Positions 7,099 through 14,092 of a stretch of 20,061 bases of DNA are shown here, piece after piece. The stretch lies in IMG/VR virus record IMGVR_UViG_3300033177_000036. The stretch is one strand, 5' to 3'. Each line of letters begins with the position of its first letter. Position 1 is the first letter of the stretch. Under the pieces are notes generated by a model. That model searched no databases. It was given only the letters and a program-made list of their open reading frames with translations, and had not been told where the DNA came from. The stretch comes from a virus. A program made the position numbers and the translations under genes.

Positions 7099-7971
7099 CT
7101 AAGAAGTCGTGGCCGTCAGGACCGCCAAAGCCGTAGGTCTTACGACCTTTGCGCCGTAGACGTGCAGGCCCTTCACGGCGTCGGCGAACCTCTTCTCCAT
7201 CCGGTACGGCTCGACCTTCACAATCTGTTCAGCGAAGGACCAGGCCATCGGATGGCCGGCGATCACCTTGTACTTGGAGCCAGCGACGACGGGGCAGTTG
7301 GGCGATTCGTAGACGTCGAATCCCAGGACCCGCCCTATCTGGCCAGATCTGAGAGTGTCGGCGCTTCCGGCGACGTTGGCTTTCGTGAACCTCTCATCCT
7401 TCAGCATCACTGCTAGGATCTCAGGACCGGCTATCACGAATCGACCGCCTGTCGGGATCTTGGCTTTGTTGAGCTTGACTCTGAGGTCTACCAGCTCGTC
7501 GAAGATGTTGTACTCTCCTTCCCCAGGAGTGCCAGCGACCACAGTATGTGGCGTGGTGTTGTTGCCGATAGCGTTGGAAGCGCTGGCGTCAGTATAGAGA
7601 TCGGCAATGAACAAGTCGGCAGCATCCCGGAGGTAATACGAGGCGTCAGTCATTGCGGCGGCCATGACCTTCGGCTTCTGCTGGGCCTGGTCGAGGTCGT
7701 CCACCTGGAAGTTGAAGTACTTCGCCTGGTCGATCTTAAGCTCTGCCTGGGCGTCAGTGAGGGCTTCGGGGTCGTCGATGTCGGTATCTCTGGTGTACGT
7801 CCCGACCGAGATGGGGCCGATTGCGTTGATCTTCACCGTGTCGCCGAATGCCCGGATCTCGCCCTGATAGTCCCTATTGATGATAGCCCCCTGGCCGAAG
7901 ATGTGGACCTTCTGGAGGTTGACTAGCAACTGTTGACTCCATACTTCTGGAATGAAGTTTGCAAGAGACAT
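7099..7971 (-). CDS. Major capsid protein (HK97 fold, P22-coat-like family)
   Basis: MSLANFIPEVWS...NRDYQGEI...GDTVKIN...LKIDQAKYFNFQVDDLD...RFADAVKGLHVYGAKVVRP, a characteristic family signature. Confidence 0.93.
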   Translation of the reverse strand: MSLANFIPEVWSQQLLVNLQKVHIFGQGAIINRDYQGEIRAFGDTVKINAIGPISVGTYTRDTDIDDPEALTDAQAELKIDQAKYFNFQVDDLDQAQQKPKVMAAAMTDASYYLRDAADLFIADLYTDASASNAIGNNTTPHTVVAGTPGEGEYNIFDELVDLRVKLNKAKIPTGGRFVIAGPEILAVMLKDERFTKANVAGSADTLRSGQIGRVLGFDVYESPNCPVVAGSKYKVIAGHPMAWSFAEQIVKVEPYRMEKRFADAVKGLHVYGAKVVRPTALAVLTATTS

Positions 7972-8561
7972 TACTTGATTTCTCCTTTCGCCATTGCTTC
8001 ATGGATGGCGCTTTCGTTCTTCGAAAATTCCTCGGGTGTCATATCTTTGATCTGCTGACGAGTGAAACTGGTCTTCGGAGGGTTGCCACTGCCCCTGCCC
8101 CCGTCTCCGACGTTGGGAGGAGGATAAGAGGTCTTCATAAGGGGCATATGAGTCTCCAAGAACTTTACCGGGTCGTCGCCGGGTCGGAAGTTGACAGCCA
8201 CGTATTCAGCCGCGCCTTTGCCGAGCTGAGCCTCGGAGACCTTGGAATTGATCTCTTTGATCCCAGCGTCGTACTTCTCGCGCTTTTCGGCTGCGGCCTT
8301 CATGTCGGCGAGCTCTTTGGCGACGGCTTCGGCTTTGGCGTTGGCCTTTTCCACCTCCGTTTTTCCGGCGGATTCGAGCTCTTCCACCTTAGTTTTCAGC
8401 GTGTCCCTTTCGATGGTCAGTTTGGAGTTCGCAGTCTCAAGCTCTTTGTTTTTGGCTTGCAACGCCTCAAAATCGGCTTTGGGGACGTGGTTTTTGAGCC
8501 GTTCCCCTACGATCTTATTGACGTCTTCCTGTGTGAATTTCTTCTCGTCGTTCTCAGACAT
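7971..8561 (-). CDS. Capsid scaffolding protein
   Basis: KKFTQEDVNKIVGERL start, long coiled coil, Gly/Pro linker, C-terminal ITRQQIKDMTPEEF-like helix; TAATG coupling to the MCP. Confidence 0.88.
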   Translation of the reverse strand: MSENDEKKFTQEDVNKIVGERLKNHVPKADFEALQAKNKELETANSKLTIERDTLKTKVEELESAGKTEVEKANAKAEAVAKELADMKAAAEKREKYDAGIKEINSKVSEAQLGKGAAEYVAVNFRPGDDPVKFLETHMPLMKTSYPPPNVGDGGRGSGNPPKTSFTRQQIKDMTPEEFSKNESAIHEAMAKGEIK

Positions 8562-8581
8562 GGGAAAGCACCCGCTAAGTC

Positions 8582-8648
8582 TCGCCGATATCGGACGGCG
8601 GCGACGTCTCCAGCAGCAGGCAGCGCCCGTTTAGCGTCCGGGGAGACG
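8582..8648 (-). promoter_or_regulatory. Two adjacent stem-loops in the 5' leader of the scaffold/structural operon
   Basis: Perfect complementary pairs at 8642-8648/8605-8611 (CGTCTCC/GGAGACG) and 8599-8604/8582-8587 (TCGCCG/CGGCGA). Confidence 0.45.
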
Positions 8649-8700
8649 AGAATAGATTGCCTGAGCCGAAGATCCAATAGTGGGTTATTTAGAGGCGATT

Positions 8701-8720
8701 GTATATAAACTTATCCTTAC
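8701..8720 (-). promoter_or_regulatory. Archaeal BRE-TATA promoter of the structural operon
   Basis: Minus strand reads GTAAGGATAA-GTTTATATAC, an AT-rich island about 140 nt upstream of the scaffold ATG. Confidence 0.65.
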
Positions 8721-8804
8721 GTTTCTATCACCTCAGGGCGAAGAAGGCGTCAGCTTTCGGCATTTCGCCCCCAGGCGGCGAGGAGGAGAGGGAGTCTCAT
8801 CGCC

Positions 8805-9695
8805 TCAGCCCTCCACCAGTTCACTTTCGACGTCAACCGCGCCCCGGAACTCCGACGAGTCATAGCAACCCGACAAGTCCGAGGGGAACGCCTCTCTCAT
8901 CGCTTGGACGAGGGGGACCTTTCGGATCATCGTCGCTTTGTGCGTCCTCCAGGGGCCGTCTTTCCCGCTGTCGTAGTCCTTCAATGCCACCTCCGCCCTG
9001 ACGGGATGATCTCTATCCTTCCGGAACACCTCCGCCCACCCGCCGAGAAGCTCCTCGTCCTTCCGGACGAATGAGCCTTCCCGATAGATCAGAGAGCCCT
9101 CGCCGTCGTCTACGATGACTCCAGCCTTGAATCCTTTGTACTGAGGGTGGAGTTCCGCCTTCCGCATGAAAGCCTCTTTTCCGACTACCATCTGAGCCTT
9201 TGCCCCGTACTTGATCAGGTATGCCTCGTTTGTGAACGGGTTAAGGTTCCTCGCCTGGCATAGCTTCAGGAACATGAAAGCCTCCTGATCGGTGGCGGCG
9301 GGACAGATATAGTCCTTGATGTCATCGAGCGATAGCTCCGCCACCTGGATATCCCGCATCGGGGCGGACCGGACGACGATCGCTTTGGGGGGCGGTGTCG
9401 CCGATGAACCCGACATGCGATACTCTTTTTTGGGCGGCGGGGAGGGCGTCTCCAAAGCTTTCCTCAGGGTCTTGATCCAGGGCCGGTCGAGCTTCGTCAT
9501 TATCTCGCCCGTCTCGGCGTCTACATAGACGTGACCCTTCCCCGGTTCGTTGATGCTGATGCAGTCGGGGAGCCCGGAGACGTTCAGTGATCCGGTCCAG
9601 TCTTCGGGTTTGGGTTTTACGTTATCCGTCGCTAGTTCGGAGCCGTACTCTTTGTTTGCGGCCTCAATAAATGCGTCTACTTTTTCTGCTATCAT
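8805..9695 (-). CDS. bet: Bet/RecT-family single-strand annealing protein with an N-terminal extension
   Basis: CPAATDQEAFMFLKLCQARNLNPFTNEAYLIKYG...VGKEAFMRKAE...LLGGWAEVFRKDR...ATMIRKVPLVQAMREAFP, a Bet-family signature. Confidence 0.9.
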   Translation of the reverse strand: MIAEKVDAFIEAANKEYGSELATDNVKPKPEDWTGSLNVSGLPDCISINEPGKGHVYVDAETGEIMTKLDRPWIKTLRKALETPSPPPKKEYRMSGSSATPPPKAIVVRSAPMRDIQVAELSLDDIKDYICPAATDQEAFMFLKLCQARNLNPFTNEAYLIKYGAKAQMVVGKEAFMRKAELHPQYKGFKAGVIVDDGEGSLIYREGSFVRKDEELLGGWAEVFRKDRDHPVRAEVALKDYDSGKDGPWRTHKATMIRKVPLVQAMREAFPSDLSGCYDSSEFRGAVDVESELVEG

Positions 9696-9696
9696 G

Positions 9697-10116
9697 TTAC
9701 TCCTCCAGCTTCCGGGCGATCGTCGCCTGTGGAACCTTCGTGATCGTCACGAAGTCGGGCCGGATCGATTTTACCGCCCGCTCGAAGTCGGTTTTTTTCA
9801 GGGACAGGAGCCCCCGGTGGCCGTGGCAGACCGCCCAGTCGATTGCCAGGATATCGTCATAGTCCACCTTTTCGACCTCCCGTATCCCGACGCCGGGCGC
9901 GGGGCTCTTGTTGCCCGTCTCCTGGAATACGGAGACTGCGGCGGCGCGGATCTTCTCCTCCATCTCGTCGACGAGGTCTCCGGCGACGGATGCCGCCAGG
10001 ATCTTCCCGGCGTTCTCGTCCATCCATGCCTCTCGACTGACCTTGATCTCCTCGTCGATCTCAGCCTTCTTGCGGCGGAGTTCCGCCAGCTTTCGGACGT
10101 CTTCTTCTATGGTCAT
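9697..10116 (-). CDS. Gp157/Gam-like coiled-coil protein
   Basis: N-terminal coiled coil, then PGVGIRE...DW...LLSLKKTDF pattern; adjacent to bet. Confidence 0.55.
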   Translation of the reverse strand: MTIEEDVRKLAELRRKKAEIDEEIKVSREAWMDENAGKILAASVAGDLVDEMEEKIRAAAVSVFQETGNKSPAPGVGIREVEKVDYDDILAIDWAVCHGHRGLLSLKKTDFERAVKSIRPDFVTITKVPQATIARKLEE

Positions 10117-10256
10117 ATCCCCTCTTCCTCCAAAGCTTTCAATACCAGCGACGACAAGAGCTCGCCCTGGCCTTTCAGGGTTCCCGTCTTCCTCACGACA
10201 AGATCCTTGAGGCGGGTATTCAGCCCGTCGTCCAACTCAAAACATATTCGAGCCAT
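10113..10256 (-). CDS. Ribbon-helix-helix regulator, 47 aa (not in the ORF track)
   Basis: MARICFELDDGLNTRLKDLVVRKTGTLKGQGELLSSLVLKALEEEGI; its TGA overlaps the next ATG; first gene after the promoter. Confidence 0.8.
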   Translation of the reverse strand: MARICFELDDGLNTRLKDLVVRKTGTLKGQGELLSSLVLKALEEEGI

Positions 10257-10280
10257 CACCCATCTATATGTACTATCGGC

Positions 10281-10315
10281 ATATAAGCTTTACGGTACAT
10301 GGAAAGCTTAATATA
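10281..10315. promoter_or_regulatory. Back-to-back divergent BRE-TATA promoters
   Basis: ATATAAGCTTT (10281-10291) and AAAGCTTAATATA (10303-10315) form a near inverted repeat, each 23-25 nt upstream of a start codon. Confidence 0.65.
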
Positions 10316-10337
10316 CCTTTACGACTAATAGAAGGCT

Positions 10338-10547
10338 ATGAGAACCAAAGAGGAGCTGAGGAAGATATACGACGCCGAACACGCTGGGAACCCGCACGTA
10401 GAGCACGAACTCGCCTTCGTGAACTGGGTCCCTCTGTACTTGAAATTTGAAGCGATCGAGGGCACGCTCAAGGCAGAGCCGGGCCACCCGAACTATGACG
10501 AACTCGACCGGGAATCAAGCCGCCTGTGCCGCATCCTGGGGTACTGA
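10338..10547 (+). CDS. Hypothetical protein
   Basis: 69-aa ORF, first gene after the promoter. Confidence 0.7.
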   Translation: MRTKEELRKIYDAEHAGNPHVEHELAFVNWVPLYLKFEAIEGTLKAEPGHPNYDELDRESSRLCRILGY

Positions 10548-10548
10548 A

Positions 10549-10758
10549 ATGATATTCGACTACGACGGCCTCAAGCTGCGGCCCGTGTTCGTGATGACGC
10601 GGGCTCTGATCGGCTGCGAACATGCAGACGGCGGCGGGATGCAATCATGCGACGACTGCGAGCTGTTCGAGGAGTGCCCGATGCTGGACATGGGGGAAAA
10701 TGCTCCGGAACGATGCACGACAGGGCGAGGATCTACTGGAGATCCCGGTGGGCGATGA
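10549..10758 (+). CDS. Small Cys-cluster protein (GC...CDDC...C)
   Basis: ATG 10549 immediately after the upstream stop; MIFDYDGLKLRPVF...SCDDCELFEECPML. Confidence 0.6.
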   Translation: MIFDYDGLKLRPVFVMTRALIGCEHADGGGMQSCDDCELFEECPMLDMGENAPERCTTGRGSTGDPGGR

Positions 10759-10759
10759 T

Positions 10760-10834
10760 GTGAACTGGAAGATGATGCCCCAGGAGGCCGTCGATGCCGT
10801 ATATGATCTACTGATGAAGCGGGGGGATCTGTGA
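10760..10834 (+). CDS. Putative 24-aa peptide (M)NWKMMPQEAVDAVYDLLMKRGDL
   Basis: GTG right after the upstream stop; its TGA overlaps the ERCC4 start. Confidence 0.3.
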   Translation: MNWKMMPQEAVDAVYDLLMKRGDL

Positions 10835-11592
10835 TGGTCCCGCCCCCCATCACCCTCCGGATCTCGCCAAACGAAAGGGCGACGGCCCCGGAACGATACG
10901 CCGCCTGCATCGATGCGGCCTTGGAACGAGGATTCGAGGTCGTCCCGGACGCCGGGGCGGAGGTGGATCTGGTCTTTTCCTTCCAGATCGGACAGGACAC
11001 AATGGGGCGAGTGATGAGGTGCCTGGGCATAGATCTCAAGATGCCCCAGGATCTCATAGGAAGCCTCCAGAACGGTCATCTAGCCGAACAAAGGCGAGGA
11101 TGCACCTACCCCCTCAGAATCGCCGTCCTGGGCTCCCTGGGCGACGTGATGAGAGCCCTACCCACGGTGACAAAGGCTGGATGGAGGAACCCCGGGGAGC
11201 AAGCCCAAGCCGAGGGGATGGTACTGCGGGGGATCGTCGCCCTCCAAGCCAGCGGTGTCGAAGTGGACTTCGGCTGGTCTCCTCTGGATATGCCCCGGAC
11301 GAGGATGGAAGTGGCGGGAGAATGGGCGCTGCAAGCCAACGTCTCGCAGGTCATGAGGCGGGCCGAGTACATCCTCCGATCGAAGATCGATCTCCCTCGC
11401 GCCCGGTGCGAATCGGCTCAGGAGGCGATGCTCCGATGTCTTCCCGGCGTCGGGCCGGAGACGGCGCGGGCGATGGTGGCGGCGGGCATCCGCCCGAAAC
11501 TACAAGGGGGGATTCTATTGGACGACTTGATGAAAGTCCCCGGCATCGGGAAAAAGAAGGCGGAAAAAATCCTAAAGGCCCTCGACGGATGA
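10831..11592 (+). CDS. ERCC4 (XPF/Mus81/Hef-like) nuclease with tandem HhH
   Basis: VDLVF...GIDLKMPQDLIGSLQNGHLAEQ (a variant of ERKxxxDLxxS..GRL..Q) and two HhH motifs, LPGVGPETA and VPGIGKKKA. Confidence 0.75.
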   Translation: MMVPPPITLRISPNERATAPERYAACIDAALERGFEVVPDAGAEVDLVFSFQIGQDTMGRVMRCLGIDLKMPQDLIGSLQNGHLAEQRRGCTYPLRIAVLGSLGDVMRALPTVTKAGWRNPGEQAQAEGMVLRGIVALQASGVEVDFGWSPLDMPRTRMEVAGEWALQANVSQVMRRAEYILRSKIDLPRARCESAQEAMLRCLPGVGPETARAMVAAGIRPKLQGGILLDDLMKVPGIGKKKAEKILKALDG

Positions 11593-11925
11593 GGGCTCCC
11601 CCCATGCCTCCCCCCATGCATGACACCACGAATGCCAATGTTTGTGTATGGTGGGGGCGACCCACAAAGTAGCCATCGGGCTCCATAGATCACACCACCC
11701 CCACCGATCCTTTGAAATCGTCTTCCGCTCATGCCAGTTCGGGCAATTTTCACATCGCTGTCCTTGAATGTGGTGAGAAATCCGCCACGCGATATGATCT
11801 AGCCAATCCTCTTCTAGTATGTGATAGACTGAATACAACCCAACGAAATCGAACAATTTATATAAATTATCCGGTATAAATGGGTAGTCACGCCACCACC
11901 GTTTCCCATCCCATTTATCCATCAT
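11572..11925 (-). CDS. Trp-rich protein with a CxxC...C...C putative metal site
   Basis: 117 aa with 14 Trp; CENCPNW...WGWC...WCHAW; coupled start. Confidence 0.65.
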   Translation of the reverse strand: MMDKWDGKRWWRDYPFIPDNLYKLFDFVGLYSVYHILEEDWLDHIAWRISHHIQGQRCENCPNWHERKTISKDRWGWCDLWSPMATLWVAPTIHKHWHSWCHAWGEAWGEPSSVEGL

Positions 11926-11987
11926 CGATCATCGCCTCCTATGGCCTGCTCCCATGCGAGGAGCGCGGCGATGGTGGCGGCGGTCAT
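11922..11987 (-). CDS. Putative 21-aa peptide MTAATIAALLAWEQAIGGDDR
   Basis: ATGA overlaps at both ends, exactly bridging two genes. Confidence 0.4.
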   Translation of the reverse strand: MTAATIAALLAWEQAIGGDDR

Positions 11988-12151
11988 GGGGTGGCCTCTG
12001 CCGGCATCAGGTTTTTTTCCTCCACCATCGAAATTGTCCCATCGGCCCACTTGACTTGGACCCCTCCAGGACGACAGATGAAGAGTATCCGTACATTTTC
12101 CCAGGCCGCGAAGGTCACTCCCTGGATGTGGTGATAGACCTTGATTTTCAT
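11984..12151 (-). CDS. Small beta-rich hypothetical protein
   Basis: MKIKVYHHIQGVTFAAWENVRILF...; ATG 12151 preferred. Confidence 0.6.
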   Translation of the reverse strand: MKIKVYHHIQGVTFAAWENVRILFICRPGGVQVKWADGTISMVEEKNLMPAEATP

Positions 12152-12173
12152 CACGTCGCCTTCTTTCACGCCA

Positions 12174-12356
12174 TCACCTCGCGCCGGGGTCTCCGGCGCC
12201 CTTCTTCGGCGCGTCTCCCAATCTTGTGCCCCTCCCGGCGATCTCCACCAGGATCATCGCCGCCAGGTTCTCCATCGTGGCCTCGACGTTCCCGGCGGAA
12301 GCGTAATGCTGCGCCGCCACAGCGTATGCGGCGACGAGTCTGGAGCGGGGGATCAT
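12174..12356 (-). CDS. Hypothetical protein
   Basis: 60 aa; ATGA overlap with the upstream RHH stop; SD GGAGGAG. Confidence 0.6.
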   Translation of the reverse strand: MIPRSRLVAAYAVAAQHYASAGNVEATMENLAAMILVEIAGRGTRLGDAPKKGAGDPGAR

Positions 12357-12502
12357 TTCTCCTCCCTCTCCAGGCCGTCCAGGATGTACTCCCTGGCGAC
12401 CTCTGACATGGGTTTTCCCTTCCCTCTCGCCACGGCTTCAAGTTCCGCCCTCACATACGGCGTCAACTTGACGGCTACGCCGTCGGTCAGTCTTTCAGAC
12501 AT
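12353..12502 (-). CDS. Ribbon-helix-helix (CopG-like) regulator, 49 aa (not in the ORF track)
   Basis: MSERLTDGVAVKLTPYVRAELEAVARGKGKPMSEVAREYILDGLERRRK. Confidence 0.85.
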   Translation of the reverse strand: MSERLTDGVAVKLTPYVRAELEAVARGKGKPMSEVAREYILDGLEREEK

Positions 12503-12713
12503 GCCACCATCTATCTATCTGATCATATATCTATCTTTCCCTCTATCTTAACAACAAACTATTTATTATCTCAGGATAAGGGTATGGTATCGGATCGGGC
12601 GCGGCGCGATAAGCTCCCTGAAGGACACCCCCTTCATTGCTTCGCCGTAGCTCGATTCGCGTCTCGGAGATGCCAACCTGGCCGCCAGCACCTCTCTTCA
12701 GATTTCTTTCATA

Positions 12714-12762
12714 TAGGTATTTCGACCGAAAGGTATATATCCTAATAGGTACCAGTAGGTAT
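12714..12762 (+). promoter_or_regulatory. BRE-TATA promoter overlapped by WAGGTAY direct repeats
   Basis: CGAAAG (12727-12732) plus TATATAT (12734-12740); repeats start at 12714, 12730, 12746 and 12756. Confidence 0.6.
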
Positions 12763-12796
12763 TGTAGGGCGCGAAGCCCTGAGAGGTGTTAGGAAA

Positions 12797-13030
12797 ATGA
12801 TAATCGAGTATGCAAACGGCAGATCGGTGAAAGTAGAGGACGAAGAGGATGCGAGGAGACTCATCGGCGAGGAATATCCAGACGCCGTATACGGTGATTG
12901 GGAGGAAATAGCTGGCGAGAGGCAGCGCATCCTAGTATGGCAGGACGAAGAGGACGCAGGGGAACCGGGGACCGGAGACGATGGTAGTAACGCCGTTGCC
13001 GAAATAGTGTATTATGTAGAGGCCCCCTGA
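12797..13030 (+). CDS. Small acidic hypothetical protein
   Basis: 77 aa, strongly D/E-rich; SD GAGGTG upstream. Confidence 0.75.
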   Translation: MIIEYANGRSVKVEDEEDARRLIGEEYPDAVYGDWEEIAGERQRILVWQDEEDAGEPGTGDDGSNAVAEIVYYVEAP

Positions 13031-13224
13031 TGGCCCCGATGACAAGATCCCGGAAAGCCGCCTATATGGCTGGCATGCTGTTCATCGCCACCTTTGTATG
13101 GGCGGCGGTGTACGTTTGGGATAACGGGTTCTTTCTGTTGGCCGCCCTAGTAGGGTTTTTCGTGATCTATTGGAACTATTGCGGGGAGATGGGAGCCAGT
13201 GAGCCCCCACAAGAGGAGAGGTGA
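13030..13224 (+). CDS. Small two-TM membrane protein
   Basis: Hydrophobic AAYMAGMLFIATFVWAAVYVW and GFFLLAALVGFFVIYW; TGATG coupling. Confidence 0.7.
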   Translation: MAPMTRSRKAAYMAGMLFIATFVWAAVYVWDNGFFLLAALVGFFVIYWNYCGEMGASEPPQEER

Positions 13225-13742
13225 GAGAGATGGATAAGATGATAGAAAAGTTGGCCCGCGCATTAGCGCGGGAATATGACGTTCCATCAAAGTCGTGCGA
13301 GAACGCTGCCAGGGCACTGATCGCGAATGTGCTCGATGGATGCGAGCACATGGGAATAGAAGACGCCGCCCCCGAAGTGAGGCGGTTCGTAAAATCTTAC
13401 ACCCACCCGGTGTGGGTTCGGCTCGCCTATAATTGTGGCGAACCCATGGTGCTCCCGGGTATCTTTCCCTCCTGGGAGAAAGCCTCCCAACGAAGCTCAT
13501 ACATGGTGGATCATATTCACCATGTGGTGAAAGAGGCGGGCAGCTCCGCCTACGTCCTCGTCTACGAAGAAGAGGACGAGGAGGACGGGGAGACCCGTCT
13601 GCGGGTCAGTACCCGTGTGTCGCCCATCCCCATGGAGGGGATGATAGAGATTCCCGGAATCCGAGTGGTACCGTCGGGGAGACAGATCTGCGGGGTCCAT
13701 CCCGTAGATCCTAGATTTTATATTCGGGAGGAGGCCCCCTGA
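13221..13742 (+). CDS. Hypothetical protein
   Basis: 173 aa, coupled at both ends. Confidence 0.75.
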   Translation: MREMDKMIEKLARALAREYDVPSKSCENAARALIANVLDGCEHMGIEDAAPEVRRFVKSYTHPVWVRLAYNCGEPMVLPGIFPSWEKASQRSSYMVDHIHHVVKEAGSSAYVLVYEEEDEEDGETRLRVSTRVSPIPMEGMIEIPGIRVVPSGRQICGVHPVDPRFYIREEAP

Positions 13743-14092
13743 TGCCCTCCTCACCGTACATCGAGGTCTCCCAGGAGACGCGGGCCCGGATCGCGGAGAT
13801 CCGCCGCCGGGCCTCCGCCGACGAGGGGCGGCAGGTGACGAATGAGGAGATCGTGGCCCGGCTGATCGACGCGGCCGAGCGTGAACGGCTGGCGAGGGTG
13901 GCCTATGAGGCGATCCGCCACCAATACCAGGAGGTCATGAAAGATCTGGATGGGGCGATGCCCATCGATCATTTCGTGGCCCAGCGGAATTACGCCGCCG
14001 GGCTCCAGGAGGCACTCGATCTGATGGAGGGGAAGATCTCCGCCACCGGGGCCGCCGATCCCGAGATCGAGTACCTGGAGGGGCTCGATTGA
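13742..14092 (+). CDS. Protein with an N-terminal RHH-like DNA-binding segment
   Basis: YIEVSQETRARIAEIRR...TNEEIVARLIDAAE; TGATG coupling. Confidence 0.65.
   Translation: MPSSPYIEVSQETRARIAEIRRRASADEGRQVTNEEIVARLIDAAERERLARVAYEAIRHQYQEVMKDLDGAMPIDHFVAQRNYAAGLQEALDLMEGKISATGAADPEIEYLEGLD

Noticed and set aside
7959-10311. Long plus-strand ORFs 7959-8708 (249 aa) and 9550-10311 (253 aa)
   Set aside because: Antisense to scaffold, bet and Gp157-like genes; typical shadow frames.
12566-12579. TCTCAGG core resembling the origin iteron (TTATCTCAGGATAA)
   Set aside because: Only 7 of 9 bases match in a single copy; compatible with chance.
12555-12700. GC-rich island in the divergent intergenic region (possible small ORF or sRNA on the minus strand)
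   Set aside because: Open frames exist but lack a convincing start with SD, and I could not support a tRNA or other known RNA fold.
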